DNA from: Octopus vulgaris
Lineage: Eukaryota
Reading direction: 5' to 3'
NCBI GenBank assembly: GCA_951406725.2
Contig: OX597816.1
Location: 131,998,001 to 132,062,000, forward strand
DNA length: 64,000 nt
Below are positions 1 to 12,213 of this stretch, piece after piece. The notes under the pieces were generated by a model. That model was not told the origin of the DNA, did not search any database, and saw only the letters and a program-made list of their open reading frames with translations. Position 1 is the first letter of the stretch, and every line of letters starts with the position of its first letter. Position numbers and translations under genes: made by a program.

Positions 1-16
1 CACAGAATTGTTACAT

Positions 17-88
17 TGTTGTTGTTGTTGTTGTTGTTGTTGTCGTCGTCGTCGTCGTCGTTGTTGTTGTTGTTGTTGTTGTTGTTAT
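17..88. repeat. (GTT)n/(GTC)n microsatellite
   Basis: Direct trinucleotide run. Confidence 0.95.
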
Positions 89-180
89 TATTTAGTACAG
101 TCTGATTCAGCTCCATGCAACTTAAAGTTTTGAATGACTTCTTGCAGAAACCTATTTCATTAAGGCTCAGTTAACCGAAT

Positions 181-397
181 GGAGCAAACACAGACACAAA
201 GCCACACACACACACACACTCACATATGTAGACAGGTTTCTTTCAGCTTCTTTCTAACAAGATCCACTCACAAGGCTTTGATTGGTCCAAGGCTACATAG
301 TAGAAGATACTTGACCATGGTGCCAAGCAGTGTTACTGAACCTTAAATCATGTAGTTGGGAACCAAGCTTCTTACCACACAGTCACACCTATGCCTG
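181..397 (-). mobile_element. tRNA-derived SINE family A (head plus internal CA tract)
   Basis: Reverse complement reads AGGCATAGGTGTGACTGTGTGGTAAGAAGCTT...GGTTCAGT..., matching the family A heads at 9171, 18868 and 57745-57901. Confidence 0.8.
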
Positions 398-401
398 TTA
401 T

Positions 402-449
402 AAAAAAATATGGAACATTTTATGAATTTGCATGTCATCCTTGGGCAGG
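402..449 (-). pseudogene. U6: U6 snRNA 3'-end fragment
   Basis: Plus strand AAAAATATGGAACATTTTATGAATTTGCATGTCATCCTTGGGCAGG versus reverse-complemented U6 3' end AAAAATATGGAACGCTTCACGAATTTGCGTGTCATCCTTGCGCAGG: about 6 mismatches in 46 nt, several of them CpG transitions; the oligo-T end is retained. Confidence 0.88.
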
Positions 450-1429
450 ATGTATATATACAGTGAAAGAAGATTTTGAAGACTGGCAATTATCTGTTGT
501 TTTTAATAATATTCAAAGCATATATGACATGAAAATTCCTCTATACCTTCGTTAAGTACAATAATCTAATGTAGGTTAACCTCCTAGATGATTTAGGTTT
601 TTCTTCTTAAAAAACACAACAAACTAGTTGACTTGAAGTAAATAGTTGTTCATGCTTTAGCCAAGGACACATTGCAATGAATGTGGTATAATATGAACTC
701 AGAAATGAACTGAACCTAGTTTTAGTGACTCAGATCACTATTTTACTTCCTAAAAAGAAAGCTGGCCATCAAGACAGTGTATTAGTTTTCACTGTAGTGA
801 ACTCAACAAAAAATTAACAAATGTTCTCTGTGTATTTCAATAGTTGTATTTAAAATTTCACGGATTAATGTTAACCACATCCTACCATTTTTCTGTTTAT
901 TTTGGTTAGTTATGGTTGTTACTGACCTATAACTGAAAGGCATGACCCCCTCTTACTTTTTTTTTGTCAGTCAAATAAAGTTGTAGCTCAATGATTTACA
1001 TATCTATTTTTAATACATTTTGGCAGATTCAAGCATGAATATGCTAATCATTACTGTGCATGTCACAGTAGAACAGTTTCCACCTTATGAGAAATAAATG
1101 TTCATAGCACACATAATTTATCAGTATGAGGGACTCTTGGACACCAGTCTTTTGATATGTTGTGTCATCAGCCAGGAGCATCTTCAGACCAAAGAATCTA
1201 ACAAGAGCCTATGGTCTTGTTCATAATTTCAGAAAAACAAACTGTTCACTGATCCATGCTGATATCTGCCAACCAATAATAAAACATCATATGCACAGTG
1301 AATGGCTGTTGTAGTTAATCTATATTTAGGATTGTCATGAAGTTGCTTTGTCACCAATGTTGCATGGGAACTGATTGCCATTGTTGTGGTGGTTGCTTGT
1401 TGGTGTGTATTGCATCGATGACTAAAAGG

Positions 1430-1960
1430 TGAAATTGGTGTATATCTAAAGAAGTTTTATTCACTGGAAAAGTTGCTTTGAGGTGTGAAAACCAAATGAG
1501 AGGATCCCCAGTGAATGGAGGAGAAGCAAAGGATAAAGAGGCCTGAATTGTTGGGCTACCACTAAAGAAAATGATGGAACAGGTGAAATTGCCTTATTTA
1601 AGGCGTAAGTTATTTGGAATCATTCAAATGCAGAAGATATAAAAGATATTAAATGCCGGTTATTACCGCAAACTCAGGAAGGTTCTAGATAATATACACT
1701 CAAAAATCATGCATTTGAAAGTAGAAGAAACATTGCTCAGCATTGAAAAGTTGATTTAACAGCTATTTTGTGTGGATGAAAATTTTGTGGATGAAAAAAT
1801 ATGTCTAACACATTAATAGATGCCCCCATTAGTGCATCAATTTTGTAGATCAAAAGGTGGGGTTTGCAGTAGTAAAAGTTATGAGCTTTCAGCATCTGCC
1901 TCTTTTATCTTATTTGCTGTTTCTCTGCCTTTGTCTCATATCCATTGCTACACTGGAAAG
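1430..1960 (-). mobile_element. Highly degenerate LINE APE-endonuclease fragment
   Basis: Minus-strand remnants resemble GG(I)xxxVR (about 1830-1805), AVITG(D)FN (about 1675-1650) and LG-S-SH (about 1515-1495) in the correct order; the frames are broken. Confidence 0.4.
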
Positions 1961-2820
1961 ATAGTTTTTGTGAGACTGATGAGTTGGGTCACCATTGTTG
2001 TGGCTTTTGCTGGCCTTTTCTTGTGCCAAGTGTTACCAATATTGTGAAGATGCTTTGTTCCCAATGTCGTGTGAGGAATTAGTCACCATTGTTGTGATAG
2101 TTGCTTGTTCGTGTGTGTTGGATTGATAACCATTGTCATGCTGTCTTGTATAATAAATGAAGCAAACTCACAAACTTTGAATTTTTAACTAATTTATTGT
2201 TGGACATGATTTACAACATTGACTGTTTACAAAAGAAAGATGTTCATAATATAACCACTAACTGGGAGGAAAGAACTGCACTGTCTTGTTAAAGGCTTCC
2301 TGTGGTACATCGAGCATGAATGTCTGAAGTTGGTTCATGCTCAAGGTGTCTGTCTGAGTACCTGAGTTGGTCTACCCGGGTGCCTGATGTGGTTTGTTTG
2401 AGTGCCCAAGGTGAGCTGGTCTTAGCAGTCGGCCAGTGAGTGCTCAAGGTGGTCTCACCAAATGTTCTTTTTGGTGGGAAAAGGAGACGAATTTTAGATC
2501 ATGGTCGGAAAAGGGGAATTCACACTGATTAGTTGGTTTATAGATCAATCACAAGATTTCTAACTGAATATCTTGTGGTTGGATTTCAAATATCAATAGG
2601 ATCATAATATTCAATTATCCTTTCTTCTTTATTTAAGGCTCTAGGGTCTGATATAAAGGAGATTTGGGAATTATTTCAGGCAGCTTGATTATCTCTCTTC
2701 TCTGAGATAGTATGATCTCATAAGGTCTTAATTTATCTATATTGAATAGAAGAAAGAAAGGCTTCATACTGAAAATATTTTATTCTATTTTATAATTTTA
2801 TTGGTGGTATATTATGTATG

Positions 2821-3045
2821 TGGAGGCCCTTGGTTTAATGGTTAGGCTGTTCCACTCATAATCATGAGATTGTGGTTTCAATTCCTTGACTGGTTGATGT
2901 GTTGTGTTCTTGAGCAAAACACTTCATTGCACATTGCTCCAGTCCACTCAGCTGACAAAAATGAGTAATTTTGCAATGAACCAGCATCTTGTCCAGGGGT
3001 GGGGGAATATGTATACACCACAGAATCCAGGAGCCTACAACACAG
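2821..3045 (+). mobile_element. tRNA-derived SINE family B (CORE-like central domain)
   Basis: A box TGGTTTAATGG, B box GGTTTCAATTCC, then TGTGTTCTTGAGCAAAACACTT...CCACTCAGCTG...AATGAGTAA; related copies at 21888, 28716, 29680 and 31780. Confidence 0.8.
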
Positions 3046-3255
3046 GAAGGACCTTTGATCCTGTTTATATTATATATAATGCAGTATAGTGTTGACTGGT
3101 TCCAGTCTTTTATGGTCTCTAAAGTTTAGTTTATCCTTATACTATGATAAAAGACATTTATTCAAGATGCCATGCAGCAGGATCAAACCTGGGACCTGAT
3201 GTTTACATAGAAAACATCTTACCACAGCCTAACAGGTCCATTGCTTCCCCACCTC

Positions 3256-3267
3256 TGTGTGTGTGCA

Positions 3268-3343
<76 letters not shown>
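3256..3343. repeat. (GT)n microsatellite
   Basis: Direct run. Confidence 0.95.
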
Positions 3344-3345
<2 letters not shown>

Positions 3346-3976
3346 GCACTCAATAATTCCATTCAAAAGTTGACTGACAAAGAAGGATATGTGTTACATG
3401 GCTACAATTGACCCTAATATTTCCATACTGGCAATTTCATTTTTTTTTCCCTGTTATAGAACTTTTAATATTATCATCTAATACTCATGGTTAGAATATT
3501 AGCATTGTCTGCTTCCCTATATATTTGAATCAATATTAAATCTATTTTTCCACACACTCATGAAATGAACAAATAATTTCTTTATGACACCTTGTTTTTG
3601 AACTTTTATTTTTGTAATTTTTTATTGGATACTGTTTTTGACACCAGTTACTGGAACTATTTGAGCATGTAGTAATAAAGAAGACTCTATGGGACCACTC
3701 AGCTTGTTAGAAATAGCTGCAAAAATCTGTCTCAAATATGTCCTTGGATATAATCCATCACCTGATTTTACGCCACCACTTTAGGTGCCTTTAGCAGAGT
3801 TAACTCTCTTGTAAGCATTTGAGATCATGGCTGTGTTTTGAGGATAACTTCTTTCTTTCTTCCCACAAGTCTCTGAAACCCTGAAAAAAATAAAGGATCA
3901 TGAGTACTGACCTTCTCTCCTTAACTAAACTGTAAAAATACCTTACTGTCTTAAAAAAAGGAAGAATTCATTAGAT

Positions 3977-4276
3977 CAGTGATTCCCAACATGGGTGTAC
4001 TCCCCACTGGTGGGGCCTAGGAAAATTGTGTTGGAGAATGGTACCAGAGTTGCCAGGCATAAAGTTCTCATTAAAGTAATTCACATTATTTTTCTTAGTC
4101 AATGTACTTTTTTTGTACTCAGGACTTACCAGTAGAGTTACCAGTAGATTCTTTTGTAATAAATAATTGTGGTAAAATATTAAAGACAAAGTTGCTTTTT
4201 TCCAGCCACAGGTGGGACATATATTTTTCTTGAAAGTTATAGTGAGACCTGGAGGAAAACAGGTTGGGAAACACTG
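3977..4276. mobile_element. hAT (Buster/Charlie-type) MITE, 300 bp
   Basis: TIRs CAGTGATTCCCAAC / GTTGGGAAACACTG; perfect 8-bp TSD CATTAGAT at 3969-3976 and 4277-4284 with the central TA typical of Buster. Confidence 0.9.
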
Positions 4277-5079
4277 CATTAGATGATATAGTTCTGTATT
4301 CATGATAATGAAAGTAACAGCCATGACTGGAAAGGATTTTGGTCGTGGATAAAATCTCTCTGGGCAGACCTGGGATCCACCCAGTAATGACATAACTGGG
4401 CTGAGGACATTCATCATGTCACCAGCAGCAGTGACACTGACGTTGTCTTCTCTGGTTTAAAGGTTTTCTCTATATTGTGCCTTAAATGTATGTAACAAAA
4501 TCTGCTTTTAAATAAAGTTACATTCAGTAAACTTTAGTATGTTGTATTTATTCTTGAGTCTTTTATAAAAGACATTCTAATGTATTTTATAATTGAAAGA
4601 ACATAAAGTTGGAGCAACAAAAGAGACTGGAGTGAGTAGAAATACAATGCAATATGGGGTAATAAAGAGATGGAAAGCTCAGAAATAGATGAAGACAGTT
4701 TCTGATATTCATTTGTTACAGAAGGAACAATGTCAGGATTGAAGTCATATAATATTTGGTTTAAATTCTATTGGAATATTTTCCAGAACCATAGAAACTA
4801 GATAATTTCCTGCACAGCAGAACTGGTTTTCTAAAATTAGCTATGGCTATTTTCTTCCATATCACAATCATTATTTCATTCTATCACAATCGTCCTCTGT
4901 GTCATCAGTATTGGTTTTGTGTCAACACAACACACAGGTCGTTGAAAGCAGTGTTAATCATATTTTCAGAAACTCAACAACTGTTGCAAGCTTGCAAGAC
5001 ATCAACTTCATTGAAAGATGGTCTAAATGATGATGATGATAGTAACGGCTATAATAACGATAACAACAACAACGATAAT

Positions 5080-5715
5080 GTTTTCTTCATCAAAAACATC
5101 AAGGATGGAACAGGATGATACAGTGTAAGATTACACAAAAAAGTATGTAAACAGAGAAAATAACAGAAACCAAACAAAAGGAAAACAAAAAAATTCAAAT
5201 GTAGAATAATTGCTCAAATGAGAGGAGGCCATCAATGGCTACTCCTGGAAACCCTGCAAAACCACAGTCACCCTGATACTACAGGTGTTCTCTCCCAATT
5301 GGCCACCTCCAATCTACTGGTGCATGCTTAGAGCAAGCCCATTCATTCAGATCTATGCTTGCCACTCATCTGCCTTTCAACAAATTTCTTATTCACCTTT
5401 CAGTCAATAATAATATTGACAATGATAATGTTTTCTCTATTCAACACTAAAGGTTCACAAAAAAATAACAGGACAATACAATGTGGGGTTACATAAATCA
5501 AATCATGTAAATAGTAAAAAGCAATAACAATGTAAATTTTAACAAACATTCCCCAAAAGAGGGAGACTTCCTAGGGCTGCTCATGGCAACCCTACAAAAC
5601 CACAGTCCCCCTGATCACTAAGGTAATGGCCCTCTCCACACTATCTTCCTTCAACCCACAGGCGCATATTTAAAGTAGGCCCATTCACTTAAACCTGTCT
5701 TACCACATTCATCAC
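5080..5715 (-). mobile_element. Two diverged tandem copies (about 330 bp) of a probable LINE 3' end, possibly Tx1/L1-like
   Basis: Shared blocks AACCCT(G/A)CAAAACCACAGTC(A/C)CCCTGAT and GCCCATTCA in 5080-5370 and 5430-5715, each preceded by an AAT/GAT-rich tract. The clade call is tentative. Confidence 0.45.
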
Positions 5716-6977
5716 CGTGATCTTTATCCAAGGATCTTCTGTTGTTGTCATTGCTTCTGCTACTGTTTACTATGACTGTCCTATCTTTTGCTTCTCTACC
5801 TCTTGAGAGGAAGGCCTCACATGGTTCTTACTCCCTCACATGTAGCAACTGGGTATTTTGCACTGTATTATCAGTCTCATTAATTTCCTCTCCACTCCCT
5901 CAATGGGGAATAACTTTGAGATAGCCATACAGGTTTCATCACATTGTCCTTGACCTTAAAGACCAAGTACACTCTTCTACATTCTTTATTCTGGTCAATA
6001 AAACATGCATCTTCTGTCACACATTAGCCAGAACTGCTTCCAACTCCTCTTTCAAAGACATATAGAAGTCCTCACCAACTTTTGAAAAACAGAGATAAAT
6101 TACTTTCCCCTCTACTCTTTTTGGAGTAAATTTTTTAAGCAAAGAGGCATTCTCTTTCCCAACATATCTTTTCCATTTATTTCTTCTTTTGCTTAGAATT
6201 GACCTATGCTTAGTATTTCTTCTTGGCTCACAGAAAGTTAGTAAACGAGTTGCAGTTGTAGCTGTTGTTGTTGTTGTTCATTGTTTGGCACTTTTGTTAT
6301 TGTCATCTAAATTTGCATCACCATCACTTTTTTATTTTCTGCTTTTCAAATTGTAACAATTTGTGTTTACAACTTTGTCTTTATTTAATAGTAATTTTTC
6401 TGCTTTTCTGTTTTTTGACTTCAATTACATGTAGTCAGCACCTCCAGAAGAGAAATATAAATTCTGAGTTTAGCTGCTCAGGATCTATGTTTAATCCTAA
6501 ATTATAATAAAAACAAAATAATGAAAATAGAAGTAGGCACTAAGTGCATACAATACAATTAAGTACACTGAGGCAATTAACCAATATCCTTTCTGGCTAC
6601 TCAGTCCTGGCAAAATCCAAGAAAATCTGCTGGCATAATTGAGTCAATAACTATGTCCATTGAGCAATATGCAGACACTTAGACATAAAACTGATAAGAA
6701 ATGGTATAAACATGAAACAATGCACAATAACTGGGACATGCCTGTTCAGACTGACAAGGAAATCTAGGTAAATCAACCAGATATAATTACCAAGGTCAAT
6801 GATAAAAAAAAATCTATGTACTTTAACAGATGTATGTATGGATCCTCTTTGATTAAAGCATAATCTAAAAAGAGGTGAAGAGAAAGTCAAAGTTCAAAGA
6901 TTTTAAATTTATTTGAAATAAGAAGGATATGAGGCATGAAAGTGAAAACATAACAAACATAATTAGAGCACTATGTA

Positions 6978-7543
6978 TTGGGTTGTCCGGAAAGTTCGTG
7001 CCGATTTATAGCAGCTTACATTTCGACTTATTTGAGAACATGGTTGAGTCCATAAAATAGGATTTGACTACACCTCCACTTAGAGCTCAGTTTAAGCTAT
7101 CTTTTCATGGAAGAAGGTTTATGTTTCTATAAATTGTGTTAATTCTGTAACTCTTTAAAATGGAAGATAAGAAAGTTCATTTTCGGCACTTGATGCTTTG
7201 GGAACCAGACAAAAATTGCTGCAGCTCAGCTGGGATGTGTTACCCCAGCCTCCATATTCACCAGATATTGCTCCTTCAGATTTCCACTTATTCAGGTCTC
7301 TGCAGAATAGTCTTAATGGTAAAAATTTCAATTCTTTGGATGATGTAAAAAGATACCTTGATGAATTCTTTGCCATGAAACCACCTCAATTCTGTGAAGA
7401 GGGTATTTTCAAGTTAAAGGAAAGATGGAGATGTATTGTGCAACAAAATGGTTCATATTTGGTTGATTAAAAATGTAATGGCAAGTATTTATTGACCTTT
7501 TTCTTGCCTTTAAAAATCGGCATGAACTTTCCGGACAACCCAA
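6978..7543 (+). mobile_element. Internally deleted mariner transposon (mellifera-subfamily-like), 566 bp
   Basis: 30-bp TIRs TTGGGTTGTCCGGAAAGTTCGTGCCGATTT (one mismatch) with TA TSDs; N-terminal MEDKKVHFRHLML joined out of frame to a C-terminal part with the YSPDIAPSDFHLF motif, ending NGSYLVD. Confidence 0.95.
7198..7470 (+). pseudogene. Mariner transposase C-terminal remnant
   Basis: WDVLPQPPYSPDIAPSDFHLFRSLQNSL...RW...NG.Y is the canonical mariner C-terminus; the HTH and the first two catalytic Asp residues are deleted. Confidence 0.9.
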
Positions 7544-9170
7544 TATATTAACAAAGTATATAAACAAAGACTTAAAACCATACAAGGTTCACTATTTAAT
7601 ACACAGTCTAAAGAAATAATTTAACATACTCTATAGAATAATCATTAACTAAAACGACTCAACATACACTCTATATAATCCCCAACCAGTAAAATAACAA
7701 CACACTCCAATCATACCATCTGCAGAATCCTCATGTAATTACTTGACATGTTAAAATAGCAGTCAAATCTCCCTCATATCACACCCTGCTGGAGTCTTTG
7801 GAAAGAAGTTATATATTGGATTGGGAAGGATAATAATAGCTGTAATATCTTCCATTATAGATCTTCTAAATCAGGACTGACCTGAAGGTTAAATAGTGAC
7901 TGACAACGTGTTGTATACACCTCTAACACAACTCACATTCTACTCATTTGCCACTCAATAATAAAACATAATACACACAACCCACACAGTGTAACAACAC
8001 AATCTAAACATACAATCACTTCCTGACACTAAAACACATAACACAAATCATGCAACATATATGAACCAAAAACATCATCCAACAAAACATTAAAACTTAC
8101 AACAAATAGGCAGAACACTAGAGTAACGCAAGAAACAATAAATCAAACTTCACATTAAAACAAAAAATGACTGAGCATCCTGAGTCAGAGACAACAATTA
8201 TTGTTCCTATCTAAAGACTTCAATATTGGTCAATATATGCAAAGGACTATCAGGCTGATATTAAATTTATTACAAGCTGGCAAAACAGCAAGAATCAAAG
8301 GAATGGAGAGTATATTCTTAACATGTTTTAATAGACTTTGACATTAGTACGCTTTTCATTGTTGGATATCATTCTTTGAATACAACTTCACTCTTTGGAC
8401 AATGTGTGTTCACAATACATGTACTTCAGTGACATAATAGACGCTGAAACACAGGTGGTTTTAGTATGATTGTTCCTCCTCAGTTAGAGACACCATCTTG
8501 AACTCTGAAGTTAGACAAGAATAATTGCTTTTATCTTCAGAATTCATCAAAGAAAATATTTGTTAATGCATGGTTAGGCCTGCCAAGCTGATATTAAATT
8601 ATTACCAGTACACAAAACTGAGAATCAAAACAAAAATGTGTATATTAATTTTTAATGTATTCCAGTAGTAAAATGATAAATAAAGATAAACTAATCCTAT
8701 TCCCAGCTGACCAGAACTAATCCTATTCCCAGATGGGCCAGAACATTCTTATAGCAAAATTTATATAATTGTTCAGCATTTCTTATGACATAATGCTCCT
8801 CTAGTGAGGTCTCCTTGTTTCAATAAGGTGTGATTAAAAGAAGATTTGACTCCCATGATCAAGCATCAATGTAAAGGCTCTCTCCCTTTTTTTTCTCTTT
8901 CTCTCTTTATCTCCCTTCCCACCTCTCCCTCATCATTAGCTTGACTATTTAAAAAAGAATTTCACTGGAGACTAGCATTTAGAAAATATATTGACATCAT
9001 TATTTATTAAAAAAACAGCTAAAGTCAAGTGCAACTGCTCTTATTTCAAATGTTTTTGAAGATGATATTCAGCAAAAGGTCACAAGGATTTGGGGTTTTA
9101 CAATTAGGCTATATGGATATTCAATGTTGCACTTTAAACAAGGAATATTACATATATATTCATATTTATA

Positions 9171-9580
9171 TAGGTGTGGCTGTGTGATAAGAAGTTTGTT
9201 TCCCAACTACATAGTTCCAGGTTCAGTTTCCCTGCATAGCACCTTGTGTTAGTATCTTCTACTATAGCCCCAGTCTAACCAAAGCCTTGTGAGTGGATTT
9301 GGTAGATAGAAAGTGAAAGAAGCCTATTACACGCACACACGCACACACACACACATGCATGCATGTATGCATGTCTCTTTGACATCATATCATAAAAGCA
9401 GTGCCCTTGATTTCCAATTTTCCATGAAAACATATCTGGTCATGGGGAAGTATTGCCTCTCTTGGAAACAGGTGAAAGTTGGAGACAGGAAAGGCATCTG
9501 GCTGTAGAAAATCTGCTTCAACAACTTTTAGCCAGTCCATACAAGTATGGAAAAGTGGATATTGAAATGATGATGATGAG
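9171..9580 (+). mobile_element. SINE family A with RTE-type tail
   Basis: A/B-box head, CA tract, then GGAAAGGCATCTGGCTGTAGAAAA...CCATACAAGTATGGAAAAGTGGA...(GAT)n, similar to the RTE 3' ends in this window. Confidence 0.82.
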
Positions 9581-9673
9581 GAGGAGGAGGAGCAGGAGGA
9601 GGAGAAAGGTTATTTTATATATAAATGTATGTATGTATGTATGTATGTATGTATGTATGTATGTATGTATGTA

Positions 9674-9894
9674 TGAGGGGGGTGCTGAAGAGTTCCTGGC
9701 TTTGGGTAAAAGAAAATACAGGAGGATCAGTTAATTACAATTTTATTTACTATATAATCCTCACAGATTCACACACACTTATTGTAGCAGTCCCTTAGTT
9801 TTTCTAAGCTCTGTAAAAGAACTCGGAATGTTAGGCCTCTGACCAGGCCTTTCGCAATACCCTTAAAGACAGGAACTTTTCAGCTCCTTGTCTT
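9674..9894. mobile_element. Mariner-derived MITE, about 220 bp, inserted in (ATGT)n
   Basis: Imperfect TIRs GAGGGGGGTGCTGAAGAGTTCCTGGCTTT / AAAGACAGGAACTTTTCAGC; TA flanks; internal minus-strand remnant resembling the mariner C-terminal NKCV...DY. Confidence 0.7.
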
Positions 9895-9932
9895 ATGTAC
9901 ATGTGTGTGTATGTGTGTGTGTGTGCATGCAT

Positions 9933-10143
9933 AAGGCACACAAAAGGCACCTGTACCAGTGACATGAAAAGGTACATGTGCTGATGATACGTTAAAGGCA
10001 CCCTTGCCAGTGACATGTGAAAGATACCCAATATACTCTATGGAGTGGTTGGTGTTAGGGAGGGCATCCAGCTTTAGAAACCAGGCCAAAACAGACTGGA
10101 GCCTTGTGCAGCTCTGGAAAACAGATGCTAAGTGATGATGATG
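9933..10143 (+). mobile_element. RTE 3'-UTR fragment with (GAT)n tail
   Basis: GGAGTGGTTGGTGTTAGGGAGGGCATCCAGC motif, short internal repeats and GATGATGATGA end. Confidence 0.75.
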
Positions 10144-11049
10144 AATTGATGATTATCTGCTCATAAACTCTAAGTTCAAGCCCGTTGCAGATATTTCAGT
10201 TTATCTGTCATTCTCTTGAAACTACAAAACTGGAATTATTCCCCCAGCTATTAAAATCCTTCATACTCCAGAGTTTAGGAGACATTTACTTACTTCATAG
10301 TTGTTAATTAACTGTTTTGCTTTCTCCAGCAAATTTATGTAGATAATGCAAACAAAAAGTAGTGATTAACAATGTGATAAAAGTGAAAAATTTTTGTCAT
10401 GATTTATTATGCTATTATTTTTTGCTAAGAGTTGTGTAGAATTGTGAGTATAGCTGAGAGCAGATATAACAGATTTATCTACTGGTGTACTACTGGAGTT
10501 ACTAATGGATTTTTAGTTGGGAAGTCTCAACCAGTAGATTTCAGTAAAAATGAACAAGATCATTTGCACTAAAGACCAGAAAATATAGTTGCTCTTAAGT
10601 AAGGACAAAGAAATCACAGGAAAGTAGTACTCCAGATATTGAAGGCCATATGTTTTACTTATACAACAGTAGTGCAATTCTGGTCAACCATTTGATTGTT
10701 TATTTATACGATTTAGGAGTGTAAGGGATCTAAGTAACAGATAGGATTGTCCCCTTCAGTTAGTTAAGTACGTACTAGTCTAGGAAGTATACATATTGAA
10801 TGAGAAAGTGCCAGGAAACAGCCCATGTCTTCAGGAAACTCTTCTTTTAATATAATAAAAGTCTATTGTTTTTATAAAGATAGTATACTTAGCATGTTTG
10901 TTATATTCTAACCTTATTTATTGACCATTCATTTGTATATTCAGAAAATGCATGCTATGTGAAGTATTTAATGCATAAAGTTAGATTTCAAATGAAATGA
11001 CAAAAAATATTGAAAGGAACTAACCAGACAGTTTGTTAAAGATCAAGTA

Positions 11050-12120
11050 GAGTCATCTACCTGAAGGGATTTGTGATTTGTTTGCCTTCCTACTTACTAA
11101 GACTTTGGTTTTTGCTAGGTTAACTCTAAGGCTCTTTGATTCTACCTGGAACTTCTCTAGTTCTGGTAGTGATTCAGCAATAAGAGCAAGGTCATCAACA
11201 TAAAGGAGCTCCCAAGGACAGTCTATCTTGAATTCCTCTATTATTGCCTGGAGGATTATGATGAACAAGATGGGCCTAAGCACCAATCCTTGGTGAACCC
11301 CTACTTTTATGCTGTACTCATTGCCAACCCTCACCTTACTGGTAGCATCCCAGTACATAGCTTATACAACTCTCACCAACCACTCGTCTATCTCTAGTTT
11401 CTGCACTGACAACTACATAAGGGATTGGGGCACCCTGCTAAAGGATTTCTCCAAGTCAACAAAGGCCAGGTACAACGATGTATCTTTAGCTATGCATTTC
11501 TGTTGCAGCTGTCTTACCAGAAATATAGCATCAGTGGTGCTTCTCCCTGGCACAAAACCAAACTGCATCTCATCTAGGCTAACTCTCTCCCTAATTATGA
11601 CTCTCTCCATAACTTTCATCACTTGATCCAACAATTTGATACCTCTGTGATCATTGCTATCTAAGGCATCACCTTTACCTTTGTAGCAGTTGACTATAGT
11701 GCTACTACACCAGTCATTAGGTATGACTCCTTCACGAACCACCTGATTTACAATACAGGTAACTAGACAATAAACCACACCACCAGATATTTTAAGCATC
11801 TCAGCAATGATTCCTGGTGAGCTGGGGGCTTTCCCTGTATTCATATCTTTAATTGCTTTATCTACCAAGGAACTGTTGATTTGAGTAGCTGGTCCCTCAA
11901 CTGGGTCAACATTTGGCAGATGCTCCTCCTCCCATTCATTCTCCATATTCAGCAGTCTTTCAAAATGGCATTTCCAAGCCTCTTTCTTTGCAGAATCATT
12001 AAATGTAAGTGCACCATCACCGATGTAGACATTTCTCTCTTATGACATGATTTTCTCTCACACAGTTTTGCAATCCGAAAAACTTCAGTTCTTTGGTCCT
12101 CACATCACTGAACATTGATG
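11050..12120 (-). mobile_element. RTE-clade LINE reverse transcriptase fragment (frameshifted)
   Basis: ORFs 11413-11946 (IPNDW...YKGKGD...RGIKLL...QFGFVPGRSTTDAIF...AFVDLEK) and 11053-11358 (GVHQG...LLYVDDLAL). Confidence 0.92.
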
Positions 12121-12123
12121 TGT

Positions 12124-12128
12124 GCATG

Positions 12129-12160
<32 letters not shown>

Positions 12161-12182
12161 TGTATGTATGTATGTATGTATG

Positions 12183-12211
<29 letters not shown>
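12124..12211. repeat. (ATGT)n microsatellite
   Basis: Direct run at the 3' end of the adjacent RLE element. Confidence 0.95.

Positions 12212-12213
<2 letters not shown>

Larger units (their letters stand above)
6620..7640 (+). mobile_element. Degenerate R4/Dong-type RLE fragment interrupted by a mariner
   Basis: Remnant motifs QTDKEI..NQPDII (about 6747-6790) and I(R)AL-C-I continuing after the mariner, homologous to the RLE ORF at 44841-45104. Confidence 0.5.

Noticed and set aside
2821-2890. tRNA genes at SINE heads
   Set aside because: A and B boxes are present but there is no complete cloverleaf, and each head continues into a SINE body.
3971-4417. 148-aa ORF
   Set aside because: It runs across a hAT MITE and another repeat and has no recognisable domain.
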